From Protoeuglena noctilucae (lineage: Eukaryota): a stretch of 64,000 nucleotides of DNA. Each line of letters begins with the position of its first letter. Position 1 is the stretch's first letter. Where the stretch lies: positions 1,054,001-1,118,000 of the forward strand of contig OY253675.1 of assembly GCA_958009085.1 (NCBI GenBank), given 5' to 3'. The notes under the pieces are model-generated. The model had not been told where the DNA came from, made no database searches, and was given only the letters and a program-made list of their open reading frames with translations. Below are positions 14,021 to 27,800 of the stretch, one piece after another. Position numbers and translations under genes: made by a program.

Positions 14021-14276
14021 TTTTACGGACAGCCGCGAGTCCTGGTCGCGCGGCGAGGATCTGTGGCAGTGACACGGGGCACGCAGCGTCAGATGTTTGC
14101 GTGGCTTGAAACGGATCGAGCGATGAAGCGGCTTGCGAGTGCCAGACACGCAGCGCCTCTGTTGGATCGTGGATCGGTGACGCAACGCTGGCAACTCGCG
14201 GCGCATCGGGCTCTGCACCTGTCGCTCCTTGTCCTGGTCAGCGCCACGCCCTGCGGACGTCGTGCTGGTGCGCTCC

Positions 14277-15975
14277 ATGGCATCCGAGCCATTGATTTTT
14301 GAGATTCACCAGCCATGCCGGGTCCTGGAGGCGGCGCTGCCCGTCGAAGGCGACGATGAGGCACGCGTCTTCGTGGGCACGTACAGCAGGTTACTCGCGC
14401 GCGTATTTCCCTTGCATCGCGGATGATGTTGTGGAAGATAATGTACAGTATCCATGCACTGCATCGGAGCGGACGAATGATCGCCCCGCGCGCGGCGCAG
14501 GGACGCCAACTGCATCCACGTGCTTGGCGTGGGCCAGGACGGTGCGGTGAGCATGAAGGCCACCTACCCGATCGACTGCGGAGAGCTGCGATCTATGGCC
14601 TACGAGCCGACCAAGCATTTGATGGCAACCACGCACCGGCTCGAGGGAAAGCAGGGGGCGTCAGGTGGGGCCCGCTCTCTGAGGCCCGGCGCGAGGCGCG
14701 CGCGCGTCCCTTTGCAACCCAGATCCGCCCTCGACAACCTACTCCGTTGCTCTGCATGACCAAGCTCGTAGAGTCGCGGAATTCGTCCGCAATGCGGTGC
14801 TTCGCTCCCCTGCATTTCGCAGTGTTCCAGACGCCGACCGCCGGGGGAGCTCACGCGCTCAAGCAGGCGTGTCGGCTGCCAGACGAGGACGGCGCGAACA
14901 TGGCGCAGGTGTTGTGGCAGCGCGCGGGTCGCCTGCTCGGGGTGGAGGCGCAGTCGCTAGCGGTGTGGGACGTGTCCTCCGATGCACGCCTGCACTCGCG
15001 CATGGGCCTGGCGGGCGCGAGCGAAGCGTCCGCGACTTGCGCGGCCGTCGATCCGTCAAACCCCGACACGGTCGTTTGCGGCAACGGGCGCAGTTTCCAG
15101 GCGAGCCCCACTGTTGTCCCAAGCACAGTAGCACTGCCTGGTCGCTGAGGGCGCGGGCAGCTTCTTGCTGTTGTAGTGGTGTTAGGCTGACGCGCTGCGA
15201 CCATGCAGGTTTGCGACCTGCGCGCCATGCGCCCGGGGCTGACGGTCGCGGAGGCCCACGAGATGCAGCTGCGTACTCTGGACGTGGCATCGTCGGGCAG
15301 AGGGCTCGTGGCGACCGGGGGTGACGACTGCGCTGTGCGGTGAGTCCGGCGAGCGCTGGTCGCTTTGGCTACCATTGCTGACTGAACGCGCAGGCGAGGC
15401 GGTCACATCCACATGCCACGCCACGCCCCCCCGCAGTTGCTGGGACCTCCGCGGCGGTGACCGGGCGGGCCCCCTCTTTGAGTTCGTGCCGCACAGCCAC
15501 TGGGTGCACCGCGTCGCCTTCCACCCCCAGCACGACACGCTCCTGGCCACGGCCTCCACCGACGGCACGGTCGCCCTCCTCCTGGCCCCCGACGCGGGAC
15601 AGGCGCACGGGGAGGGCTCGGGGCGGTCTCACGCGCCCGCGCCCGCGCCCTGGCACGTGAGCAGCTGCGGCTGTGCTGGAGACCGGCGAGCCTTTGCAGT
15701 GGAAGCGGCGGGGCAGGGCGCCTCGATTCTTGCCGGCCACCCGTGCAGGCGCCTGCTTGTCACCCGCGCTCCTTTGCATCGATATCAACATGCGTGTGCC
15801 TTCGTCACCGCAGGGCGAGCTGGACGCGGCGCACGTGTTTGAGGAGCACGACGACAGCGTGTACGACCTCTCGTGGGTGCCCGGGCAGCCCTGGGCCCTG
15901 GCGAGTGTCTCGTCCACCGGCCGCGTCTGCGCACACCTGGTGCCGCGCAGTGTGCAGTACAAGGTCGTGCTGTGA
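14277..15975 (+). CDS. EIPR1: WD40 protein, EIPR1/TSSC1 (plant DWA2-like)
   Basis: 'HSHWVHRVAFHPQHDTLLATASTDG' and the family-typical C-terminus 'FEEHDDSVYDLSW..PWALASVSSTGRV..VPRSVQYKVVL'. Confidence 0.85.
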
Positions 15976-16187
15976 GGAATGCCGCTGGGACGGGCGGGGT
16001 AGCCTTGAAGGGGTGACGGAAGCGCATTTGATGCCATCGCAGGGCAGCTGTTGCTGCAAATCTCTCATCAATGGTCACAGGTGGATGAGTGCACGCGGAG
16101 AGAAACGCAAACATTAGAAATGATAGTCCTAATGCGGAGTTCACTGCGAAAAAGTGACAACATACATGCTATGGTATCATTCCTGTG

Positions 16188-16933
16188 TCAGAGGAGCCCT
16201 TGACTCCGGAGGTCCCCGGTCGTGAGGCACGTGCCCCGCAGCTCGGGCCCCGAGTGCTCTGTGACGCGCCAGAGCACAACGTCATGGTCGCCGCAGTCAA
16301 AGGGCTGGAACCCCTCCACCATCTCGACCGCCATCCAGCCGCAGCAGTCACTGCGGGGGCTGGATTGGGCGAGGTCAGCCGAAAAGGGCTCTTCCGCAGC
16401 AAAAGCACGTCGCACCTCTGTGCCCACCTCACCCCAGGATGGGCAAGCCGTCGACCATGTCCAGCGCAAAGCCCGCGCTCTGCATGGCCCCAAACTTGTC
16501 CGTGTCCCACCCCGACGACTTGCCCAGCAAAGGTACCAGGGACGCGTGCTGCTTCCTGCGCGGCGAGGCCCGCGGATGGGCACCGTCACAACACCACAAT
16601 TCAGCCGCTTGTTGTGGGAAAACCCGCAGCGCCGACGCACCCAAGGATCTGTAGGATGCCACGTCGGTCCCTCATCGCGTTCTCGTGCGACAGGGTGCCG
16701 CGGTAGAGCCCGGCCGCGATGACGCGGGGCTGGATCGAGACGGGCGAGGCGTAGGTGACGATGTTGGCGGTGGGAGCATCACCTCCCGTCACGAGACTGT
16801 ACACCGGGACCGACAGCGCGGCGGAGGGCGGCGCAGGAGTGTCGGTGGCGCGGCAACAACACCGTGTGCGGGGTCGGGGCCGAACGTGCTGATGCCCGCC
16901 CGACCAGGCCCTCCAGTGCAGCGCACCCATCAT
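16188..16933 (-). CDS. Flavin-reductase-like FMN-binding split-barrel protein (3 exons)
   Basis: 'PVYSLVT..TANIVTYASPVSIQPR..GLYRGTLSHEN', 'LLGKSSGWDTDK', 'DCGDHDVVLWRV'. Confidence 0.8.
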
Positions 16934-17147
16934 TCCTCAGTCCATGCCTATAGCAGCGTAATTCTAGCAGGCTATCTTACCTCCTCATGGCCGCCGACTG
17001 CGGATGACAGGGGCAGGCCCTCACGCCAGAAGTGGGTGAATGTGAGCCAAAAAACAAAGCAATTGCATGATTGGACATTTACGCATGTTCTAAGCGGATA
17101 GGAGGCCGTGTCTCGCGTCACTGTGCACGGGTTGAGTTGCTTCACAG

Positions 17148-20100
17148 GGCGTGAGATTCGAGGACGTCTGCAGCGCTTCTCTGACGCCCTGGGTGTTTAA
17201 CATGGGAGGAGTGTCAAAGCAGATGGTAAGATGTGCTGCCTCGTCGGTAAATAGCGACGTGACCGGTGTTCGAGGCCAGATGCACGTCCGTCGACCGCCG
17301 CCCGGGATATATTCGTGTATCGTCCCGTCCGCAGGAAGACCCTCGGGCGACCAGTGATGGCGGCACGGGCGATTCCGTGCTGCTGGCCATCAAGCACACG
17401 CCGGGCGGGGGGCAACTGGGCTGGCGGCTCAGCGCGCGCTGTCCCACTAAAAAGCGACGATTACCACTGTTGTCGGCTGGATCCACGCTGGCGCAAGTGT
17501 GCGCGGCGGCGGGCGCATTCTTGACGGCCTCCGCGGGTCGCGAGATGAGATGGTGCGCCGACGAGGCAGACGAGGACGACAGCAGGGTCTGGGATATGGC
17601 GAGAAGGCAGGCGCTCTCCGCGGCTAAGGACGTCCCTGTTGCGTCCGACGATGCCAACCCGCCAAATCGAGCCCCGATCAAGGCGCGGTGGTTGCCCCGC
17701 TCCGGATGGCAAGTCCTGACCGCCGAGGTGAGACTTTCGCCGGCGTTTATAGCAAAAATCCGCGTTTAGATTCTGCGCCAAATCGCTTTCATATCTCGCG
17801 CCGCAGGAGGGGACGGAGCGCTTCACACTGGCGTCTACAGAGCCCCTGGAGTCCGTGCAAGCGCTGGAAGCGTACATTCGCAGGCTCCTGGAGCGCCCAT
17901 CGAGCGAGAGTAACGGCGTCGCAAACGGCTCGGTCTCCCGCGAGCATTCCGGGGCCTTTGGGTGAGTGCCGAGGGGGCTTGGCTCACGTCATCTCAAGAT
18001 ATGGCCGGCGCAACTGCGCTGCGGGGCTTGCGTCCTCCCGTCTGCGGGTTGATGTCATGTCATATCGCATACACTCCATCGGCGGCGCTTGGATGACCTG
18101 GGCCTGTGCTTTTGGCACTCAACTCACACCCCTGTGAACTCACACCCCTGACTTCGTGGCTTGGCCCGCAGCGCTGCGAAGGGGAGCGAGACGGGGCACC
18201 TGGCCTCGCGCGACTCGCACGCCAGCGAAGTCGCGCACGCGGTGCTGGGGGCTTCCCACCCCAGCGCAGGCGATGGCGATGGCGATGCAGGGGCTCATGC
18301 CAATGGGCAGGCCCAGCCCCCCGCCAGCGATGCTCCCCGACCGCAGCCGAAGGCTGAGGTGTCTTCGCCGGAACGGCCACGTGAGACAGAGGAGCGCGGG
18401 GGCGGCGGTGGGGGCGAGGGCGACGGGGCGGTGGGGAGGGACAGGGCCGGTGCGACAGGGGTGGGGAGCCCAGCACAGCACAGCGGTGCGATTGCTACGG
18501 GCCAAGCTGCGTCCGCGCCCCTGCCGAGCGAAGGTGTGACGCGGGCGCATGGAGCAAGCGAAGCCGATGCAGCGGACATGGAGGCCAAGGAGCAGGCGGG
18601 GATGCGGGCGACGGGGGACGCTGAGGCGACGGACAGGGAGCCCAGCGGAGCGCCACGGACGGGGCAGGAGATGGGAGATGGAGAAGGAGAGGGGACGCCC
18701 ACCTCAGCTGCGCCAGCTGATGCGCCCACACCTGCAGCCCCGTCCGATTCGGCTGTGGGTGGTGCGTGTGCGAGTACGGGTGCCGGTGCCGGTGCGGGTG
18801 CGGGTGCGCCGTCCGCGCCGGCCCCTGCCCCGGCAACCACCAAGCCAACGGAGGCTCCCGCGCCTGCCCCGGCCCCACCGGCAGTGCCCCCTGCCGCCGT
18901 CCCCGTGGCGGCCCCGCAGCTCGCGGCGCGCGCGGTGTCATTGGCAGACGGGCCCTCAGCTGCGCGCCCGGTGCCGGTGCCGGTGTTACCCGCCCAAGCC
19001 AGCGCCGCAGCCCAGGACTCCGCAGCGCCCCCCACACCCCTCCCGGTCCCCAACCCCGCCTCGTCGGCACCCGCCCACCAGCCCTCCTCTATCCCAGCCC
19101 CCAATGCGATGGACGTCGACGCTGGCAGCCCCACTGGGGCGCCTCTGTCCCAGGGCACGAAGCGGCCCCTCCCGGACGACAGCGGCGAGCAGAGTCAGGG
19201 TGCCAGTCTGGCGCCAGTGTCGCGTGTCAGCCGGGGGGAGTCGGAGGAGGTCGTGGATGGGGTGGGCCAGGACGCCGTGGTGGGAGAGCTGTTCCATCGC
19301 GAACGACCGCGCGGCATTGACAAGCGGGGTCTGCCTTTTGAACACCTTGGTCCGATGGAGCTGGTGGTGAACGAGGCGCGTGGGACGTTCGACGTGTGGG
19401 CGGTGGAGTATCATGGGAGGAGGAGGCGGTACCTGTTTGGGAAGCAGACGAGGGAAGAGGCGGTGGGGGCGATGGAGGTGTTTGAGAGGGAGTACACGTC
19501 CAGGATATTCCAGAAAGGCGAGTGGGTGTATGGATGTGTATGGGTGTGTCTTGTGTGTGTGTTCCACTTCCAGCGACCTTGGCTGATGCGACATCTCCAC
19601 TCGCCCTCTCGCCCACCCACCGCACTCACTGCCCCTCACACCCACTCACCCCTACCGTCGCCTCCCCCCAACCCCCCCAGGCGCCCCCTTCGGCGACCAG
19701 CGCTGGAGTGCGTACAACAAGCTAATCCGCCGCCTCTGGGAGCCCAGCGACAAGGCGCCTGAAGCGACGGTCGACTGCCGCACCAACTACCTCCCCTTCA
19801 TCACGCTGGCCAAGTTACGACCCGGCGACGACTGGACGGGGTTCTCGAAACTGGAGGGGCAGCAGCGGTACCCCATTGCGACGAGGAGTAGCTTCGTGGA
19901 GGCGCTGAGGGCGTCGTATGCCTTCGTGGCCGAGCACCAGCTGCTGTGCGACCAGGGTGAGTGAGGGGGTGTGGGTGTATGAGGGTGCATTGGTGACTGC
20001 TGTGCGACCAGGGTGAGTTAGGGGGGTGCATACTGTGTATGCAGCTCTATTTGGTACCAACCTCCCCTTCCCTTGACCCACCCCGCACTTCTTACCTCCC

Positions 20101-21061
20101 CCCTCCCCCCTCCCCCCCAGGCATGTCGGGTCACCAGGCCTACCACCGCCTCCGCTCCTCATCTCCTTTCGCCAAGCGCCCCCGCATCTCCAAGGCCCGT
20201 GCCTCCCCCGCCCCCTCCGCCACCACCTCACGGGGCAAAGACACCACCGCCACCTTCGCCCTCCCCTCCAAGCAAACCACGCGCGCCAGCACCCCGCTCA
20301 ACGCCCCCAGCCCCACTTTGATGGGACAGGGCAACCAGACCGCTCTGCTGCAACTCGCCCATTTCGCCAACGCTGTCGAGGGCGGCATGGGCCCGCCCCC
20401 ACCGCCAGCTGCCGACGGCCCCCCCGGTCCCCCTCCCGGCCGCCCCAACCCCCACCGCGCCAGCCCGGGCCTGCAGCGCAACAGCAGCGGCGCTCCTGCT
20501 CCCACTCCTGACCTGGGCCTCCCAGACCCGGCCCGCGCCTTCTCGGGCCCTCTCCCCACGCACCCAGTCCCTGCCTCCCTCTCGGGCCCCTTCCCAGCCC
20601 ACCCGGACCTCCTCGCCCTGGCCCGCATGCAAGAGGGCCCCGCCGCTCCCCCGCACGTGCCGCGGGGTGGGTATTACCCCCCAGGCCCCTTCGACGGGCT
20701 CGCATCCCCCTGGGCCCGGCAGATGCTCGCTTCGGGGACCCCATCCCCCGCCTACAGCCGCATCGAGGGTGGCTACCCGGGGCAGGGGTACGCGGGCGCA
20801 GGGCCTCAGCCTGGGGCGCCGTTTGGGGGTGGCAGCGGGCCCGGGGCCGTCGAGGCTGCTTTCCCTGGGTTCGGCGGGGGTGGAGGCGCGGCTGGCCCGG
20901 ACCTGCGTGCGATGGTGGTGGATGCGGAGCGGCTGGAGGGTCACCTGGCGAGGGTGTCGGATCACCTGCGTAACATTGGGGAGCACTTGCGGGGGGTCAC
21001 GGGGATGATGCGGGACCTGGCGGCGGTGTTTGGGAAGCAGGCGTCGGGGGGCGGTGGTTGA
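17148..21061 (+). CDS. Large Pro/Ala/Gly-rich hypothetical protein with one small globular, possibly AP2-like, segment
   Basis: ORFs 17266-17769, 18161-19762 and 20039-21061 join through phase-compatible splice sites (e.g. TTT GG|GTGAGT ~17962 to CAG|C ~18171). The true start is unknown and probably lies upstream of 17148. Confidence 0.6.
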
Positions 21062-21649
21062 TGCGGGTGTAGGGTATATTGTGGGGTTGGCGAGGGTGTC
21101 GCCGCTGCCCATCCAACATTCGGTCTCATGGGTTTGCCTCAGTCACACTCAACAATGGAAGCGCTGCGGGCACGCCAGCGTCGCTCTTTGGTTTCCACAC
21201 TTCCCAGCTTGGTTGACTCTGTTGCTTCCCCATTGCCACAGCGCTGGATGCCTTGCCCCTCTGCAATGCGTAGCTGAGCGGCCGAGCATTCGCGCTGCTC
21301 GCCAGCATTTGCACACTCATCATGGGCGCTCTCCCTTTCCCGTTCCATTTCTCTCTCCGTGCATACCGCGTCGACAGTCACGCAGGCGGCTGTGGGGCTG
21401 TGGCCGCCCTTGCAATACGCCATCCCAACCATAACAACGCTCGCGGCGGCTGCTCTTGATAGCTGCTTCATTTGCAAGCGCTGCCGCCTCGGAATGCAAG
21501 CGCCGAGGGCATCGCGCGCGGTTGAATGGCAGCCAGCTCTTCGCCAAAGCACATTTCAGAGCACATTTCACAGCGCTTGCCAGAGCATCTCCCAGTCAAC
21601 TGGAGAATGCCAAAGCAACAAACCACGACACCCCAAATCACACAGCGTT

Positions 21650-24263
21650 CTAGTCGAACACGATCTTCTTGCCCGCGGGTGACAATATCGCAGGCGCAGA
21701 CGCGGCCTTGGACGCCTGCCTTGCTGCCCAGCTGGGGTGCACGTCGCCATACGATGGCGTGGCACCCGATGTGCCCTTCGCACCCTTCCTCTCTCTATCG
21801 CCAGCAACACCACCACCGCCGCCCCTTGCACCCTTCCTCTCGTTCCTCTTATCAGCGTTATCACCCTTAACGCTCTTCCTGTCTCCACCCCCACCATCAA
21901 CCCCACGCTTTCCATCCAACCCCAGACCACGCTTAGCTTGACTCCCATCCATGCCAGCAGCCTCCGAACCCCTCTGCTCCTCCCTCCCACCCCCCGCCTT
22001 CCCCACACCGCCAATCTCCCGCCCACGCCCCGCACCACCACGCCCACTCGTCCCCTCCCCACCACTGCCTGTTCTGTCCCGCCCCTCTCCGCTCACCCCA
22101 TCCAGCACCGCCTTGCTCGCCACCGCCCCGTCCTCCCCAAACGTCACCTTGACCCCCCGCGGCTGAATCGCCACCCCCGCCACCGATGCCCGGCGCTTGG
22201 CCGCCCAGCTGGGGTGCACCGCCGCCCCATCCTGCGCTCCCTGCGACCTCTCAGTCCCCGCACCCTCTTTCCGCGCAGTTGCGTGCTTCAGCACCGCCCC
22301 ACTGCCAACCGCACCCTCGCCCCGCGACCCAGCCTCATCCCGGGCCTTGTCGCTGCCAGACCCGCGTTTCACGTGGTTGGCATCCGAGCCGTACTGAGCC
22401 TCCAGGAGCTTCCGGCGGGCCCGCTGACCGAGGCGGTTCTGCAGAACAGGTAGGTTGACTTGCAGCGATGTCGATGGCATGAGGTATGCGATAGGTCAAG
22501 TCACGCCCATGTCGACCGTGCTGTGATACTCAGTGTATCGAAACCAAACACAAGAGAGTGGTAACCATCCCAAACACATGAGCCATGCCTCGCTCACCTT
22601 TTTCTTAACACCGCCATCCACGCCGTCGTCCCGCCCTGCCCCGCCCTTGCGCCCCTCTCTCTGCCCCCTCTCCTTCCCCCTGCAACGAGCAAAAGACCAC
22701 CGTGCATAAGAGACGATACGCAAGAAGACATGACAAGTCCACACGTCACGGTAGCACCCTCGCCATGGCATTAGGTGAGCTGCAGCGTGACCGTACACAC
22801 CCGCACCCCCTGCAGCCCTCCCCTGCCGCAAGCTCCCCCCACTCACCCCCGCATCTGCCTCCTCCTCTCCTCCGCCCGCCACTGCTGCAGCTCCGCCGTC
22901 CGCCCCTGCCGCTCCAACACTCGCTCCCTCAGCCGCCCCAAGAGACCCAACGCGTCCGATGCACGCTTCACCACCACCCCGTCGTCCCCGTCGCTGCCGC
23001 CGCTCCCAGACGACGCCACACAATCTTCCTCTCTTCCCCAACCATCGCTCATGTCACTCGCTCCCTCCCCATTCCACTCCATGACCCCAGAGTCCTCACT
23101 CTCACCCACACTCCCACTCTCGCCTTCGCCGTCAGGGCCAGCCGCGTCCCTGCCCCCCCTGGCACCCCGCAGCTTGTCTATCAACGCCAGCGTCTCGTCG
23201 TCGAGCTCGGACTCGGAAGGACTCGAACCCCCGTCCTCCGAATCGTCGCCGTCGTCCGACGCAGCCGTGCCACGCCCCGACCGGCCCACGCCGCGCTCCC
23301 CTTCACTGCCCTCATCGCCCACGCCATTCTCTCCCTTGTTGTCGTCACCGGCAACGGCGTTTAAGCCGGGCCCCGGCCCCGGCGGCCCCGCGCGAGGCAA
23401 CGTGATGCCGATGCGGGCCAGCAATGGAGTCACCTCGGCCCGCAAGCGTTCTGCTGCGTCGCGCACGGCACGGACGGACGTAACGCGACGCTCTGCTGCC
23501 GCCATTATTAAGTCCGCCGGGTCGCGCGCGCCGGCATCGGACGGCTTGGCCCCGCAAGCAGCCAGGAAGCGCCTCCGCGCCGCGTCGTCGAGAGCGAAGG
23601 GCGGCAGACGCATCTCGTCGACGACTGCGATCGCCAGGGCGTGCGCATCGACGCGCTTGGCCGCGTCGCGGAGCGATGCGTGGTGGGCTGCTTGGGCCGC
23701 CCCCTTCCCCTCCGCCTCCTTGGCCCGGCGAGCGGCCTTCCGCGCCTCAAAAAGCTGCGAATCAAACGAAGCGCATGTGTTGAATGAGTGGAGATTCCTG
23801 GAGCGCTGTATGCAGGCGCATAGGCGGCAACACGCGCGCGACCGTCTCGGCGGTGCAGGGGTCGGCGATGTGCCCTACGGTGGGGTGCGGCGACTCCCCG
23901 GCGCACCTTCGCAGTCTTCATCGCCTTGTTGATGGCTTTCAGCCCCTGATATACCTTGGACTGCAGCTCTTTGCGCACTTGCTCGTGCTGCCTCCTGCGG
24001 GGGCAGCAAGCGGGCCTGTCGCGTGACTCCCTGGCGAAGCGGCCGCCGTGGAGGATGCATCGTACGTGTGACGATAAGGCCCCGCAGTTTACGCCGCAAG
24101 AAAGCCGCGCGCGCGACAGCAGCTCGCACTTGCGGCGCTCCTTCTTCTCCACGCGCCCCTTGAGCTTGGGCTTGCCCTCGGAGTTCAGCCCAGAGCCCTG
24201 CTTTCGGACATGGCTAGCGGGCGGCAGGCGCTTGGGGGACCCACGGGGCGGCGCACGCTTCAT
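21650..24263 (-). CDS. BUD22: BUD22/SRFBP1-family ribosome biogenesis protein
   Basis: 'KKKNRLGQRARRKLLEAQYG..ANHV' across a splice junction, 'VHPSWAA', and terminal 'AGKKIVFD'. Basic N-terminus and acidic middle. Confidence 0.82.
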
Positions 24264-24812
24264 TGGCTTGTCCTCCACCGCCCTGTGCGCCGCAGCGTGG
24301 TGACGATGGAGGGAAGACAGCCCCGATGAACACAGGCTTCGCAGCCGACACACATGCAATCACTGACATGCCCACTCCCCAGGCAGAGGAAGTGGCAGCT
24401 TCGCTTGCCGTCAGATATGCTGCCGCACCCGCCAGAGGTCGCCGAACGGCCTCTCCTCGCCTCGTCACCGACAGCCACCGACACAGGAGAGCATGAAAGG
24501 CACAAGCCTGGTGCGTTTGACCGGCTATTTCGCGCGGGCGACCTTCAGTACACGCTGCAAAGCAAACTGAGCCCCTTGACAGCGTCGCTGCCTGACAAGA
24601 GCACGGCCATGCGGCCAATAATAATGTGAAGGGCGTGGGCACGCTGTCGTGGCCGGAGGAGAAGGGCCAAAGTGCAATGAGTGAGGGTGGAGGGAAACCG
24701 CATTTCTGCCGCGGTTACGTCGATGCGCCGATGTGTTTTGATTGCAAATGCAATTTGATGTCGATATTGAAGTGTTGCGCTTGCTTCCTCCTCGCGTCTC
24801 GGTGGCGATGCG

Positions 24813-27800
24813 ATGAACGGGCGAGGTGCGCCGTCCTACTTGACCGCCGTGGCTCCGCCTCGCAGAGGACGGCGATACCGGACCCGGAGAGTCTCTCCGC
24901 GGAGTGGACTCGCGGACAGGCACGAGGTGACTCATCCGCACGTCGCATCGGCGCATCCGCACTGCGCTGCGGCCTCGTGCATCGCAAACCCTCCGCCCAC
25001 TTCCGCCCGCAGCTCCGCCGCTTGCGCTATCCCGCATGTCCTTATCAAGCAAGACACGGAGACCTCTCACGGCGCGATCGCGCCCGTCGCGGCGTCCACG
25101 TCCGCGCCCGTTGCCCCTTCTCACGGCACCGAGGCGCAAGGAGGAGCTGGCTCGTCGCCTCCCGCGACCCAGGCCGCTGTGACCCCACGGAAGCGCACCG
25201 TGCACTGCTCCGTGTGCGGCTCCGCGGGGCACAACCGCTCCAAGTGCCCCAGCGCCCCACCCCCACCCCCCTCGCCCACGCCAATCCCTGGGCTGCCGGG
25301 ATTAGCTCTGCGGGACGTCGGGCTGTGTTTGGAAACCGCTCTAGAGCAAGCCAAGGCGCTTCTGAGCGCGGCAGGGATGGGCCAGGGCGCAGCGGAGGAG
25401 GAGCTTGGGTCTGTGGAGGGTCGCGTGGCGGGGGCGGTGCGGAGCGTGGTGGAGGCGGCGGAGGCAGTCGCGAGGGTCTGCGCATCGACCAGGTGAGTTT
25501 GGTGTGGGATGATACATGCGTGGGTTGGATGGGGCTGAATGGTGTTGGGCGCGGGGTGGGCTGCTGGCTGGAATCTTGCAAGTGTCCTTTACTGTGCTGC
25601 ACACAGGAAGCTCACGGGTTTTCCTGCTGAGCCGGGAACGCTGGGGGACCGGCTGCTGCCATCCTTGGAGCGGTGTGGGGGCGTGTTGGGGGGTGGCGGT
25701 GACAGCAGCAAAGGCGGGGCTGCAGCAGAGAGGTGGCCAGGCCGGGGGCCAGACGGGGTGGTTCACGAGGAGCGGGGGACGCAGACGGTGCGGATGCGGG
25801 GCCAGGCGGGGAGGAAGCGGGGTGGGGAGGAGGGGGGGACGAAGCGGGTGCGTGAGGGCTGCGGGGCTGACAAGAAGGCAACCAAGCGGCAGCGAGGCGC
25901 GTCAGATGCGCATGTGGACAATAAGGGTCGTGGTGCGGGTGCAGCTGGGAGTGGTGGCGGTGGGGCGCTGCCGCATGCGCCGTCACCACCGCGCCCCACC
26001 AGTAGCGGTGACTCTGGCACACCTCTGGCAGCGCGGCTGGGGGGCTGGGCGGGGCGGGGAGCGACGGGGGCGGGTGGTGAGGGGGCACATAGGGAGCATG
26101 GGGCGGTGGGAGAGGAGGCTGGGGTGGAGAGAGGAGAGGAGGTGGAGAGTGGGGGAGTGGGTGGCCGTGGCGAGGGGGGTGGGGCTGAGGAGGCAGACAC
26201 GGCGCAGTACGTGGGTGCGGGTGCGGGGAGTGGAGGGGGGGGGGGTGGTGACCCTGGGCGGTCCGGGCCTGGGTCGCCACCCAGTATTGTGACGGGGGGT
26301 GCCGTGGGTGGCGAGGGGGGCAGCAATCATGAGAAGGCGCAAGAGGGCGGGGATGAGGATGATGACGTGGTGATTGTTGAGGTTGGTGCTTGTGGGACTA
26401 AGCAGGCGGAGGCAGAGGGTGCTGGTGTTGGTAACGTCGCATCCCCCGTCAGCAATGCACAGGGCGGGGAGGGGCGGGGAGGGAAGCAGCGGGGTGGCGG
26501 TGGCAGTCCCGATGCGGCCGCAGCTCGGGCAGAGTCGGGGAACGAGGCGGGGACTGGCGTAGAGAGACAGGGACCCACAGCAGCGACACCAACAGCGCCG
26601 CATGCCAACACCACCCCGCGGCCCCCACCCCCACGCCCCGCCCCGCCCGCCCATTCCCCACCGAGCCATGCCAGCTCTCCATTCGACCCTCGCTCCGCAA
26701 GGCCCCGCGCGCCCAGCACAGACCCATCCCCACCCCAACCACGCTCCTTTCCAGCCCCGCCCTTCTCCGCCGCCCCCCACCGCCCCCGCCCCACCTTCGC
26801 CGAGGCCGTCTCCCGCATCCAGTCGACCCACGCGCGCCCCGCCGCCCCGTCGCCGTCCCGATCGCCGCCCTCAGGCCCCGCCAATCCACCGCCGCCCCCG
26901 CCGCCCCACAACGCGCCCGCGAGACCCTACACGCCAGCTGCCGCGGCCTCGGCTGGGCAGGCGGGGGCGGGGAGGCCTGGGCTGGGCCCTCGCCCGCCAT
27001 TGTCGGAGTCTGGGGGGCGGGGTGGGGCAGGCGGGGATGTGTGGGAGGGGGTGGCGAGCGCGTGGCGGTGTTCGGTGGGTGGCGCGGAGAGGCAGGTGAG
27101 AGAGAGGGGGATGATGAGGTGGGGAGGGCATGTGAATGTATTGTGGGACAGCCGAAGTGAGACTGACGTTACAGTATCCGCCCCATTCGCTCCCAGGCGC
27201 AACCGTCGCCGCCCCCTCGGTCCTTCTCTCTGAAGTCCATCAGCGACCCATGGCCATGCATGGAAGACATCGAGGTGACTGAGTGGGATATGACAGTTCG
27301 GGCCAAAGAGAGATGTGCAGACATGCAGGCATGCCTGCAAGCGACTTGCTTGTGTGAAAGACTCCCCTCTCACCCATTGTCCCTCGCAGGCGGCGGACAG
27401 CGGGTGGCTGCGTGACTTTGTGTCCCGTGCCGGCCGCGCCCACTTGCTCTATTCAGGCATGGAGAGGGCGGAGGTGGTGCGGGTGGCGCAGGTGAGAGGG
27501 ATGCTATGGGTGACTTTGTGTGACTGCTGTAAGGGCCAGGCCCTATCAACTGCGCCCTCACTGCCACCCTCGCTGCCACCCCCACTGCCACCCTCACTGC
27601 CACCCTCCCCTTCCCCCACAGTCCACTCTCCGTGCCGTGCATGTCGACCGCATCCTCGGCCCCTGCAAGCTCCTCGTCGGTGACGAGCACGCACGCGCCG
27701 TGCTGCAAGTGCCCAAGGGAGCCTCCTCCGCCGACGTCAAGGCCGCGTTCCGGTGACCCTCGCTGTGTGCTGGGCTGGCAGAGTGGGTTGTGTTACTTGT

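Noticed and set aside
13031..14278. 415-aa minus-strand ORF
   Set aside because: Antisense shadow of adenylate kinase.
22775..23932. 385-aa plus-strand ORF
   Set aside because: Antisense shadow of BUD22.
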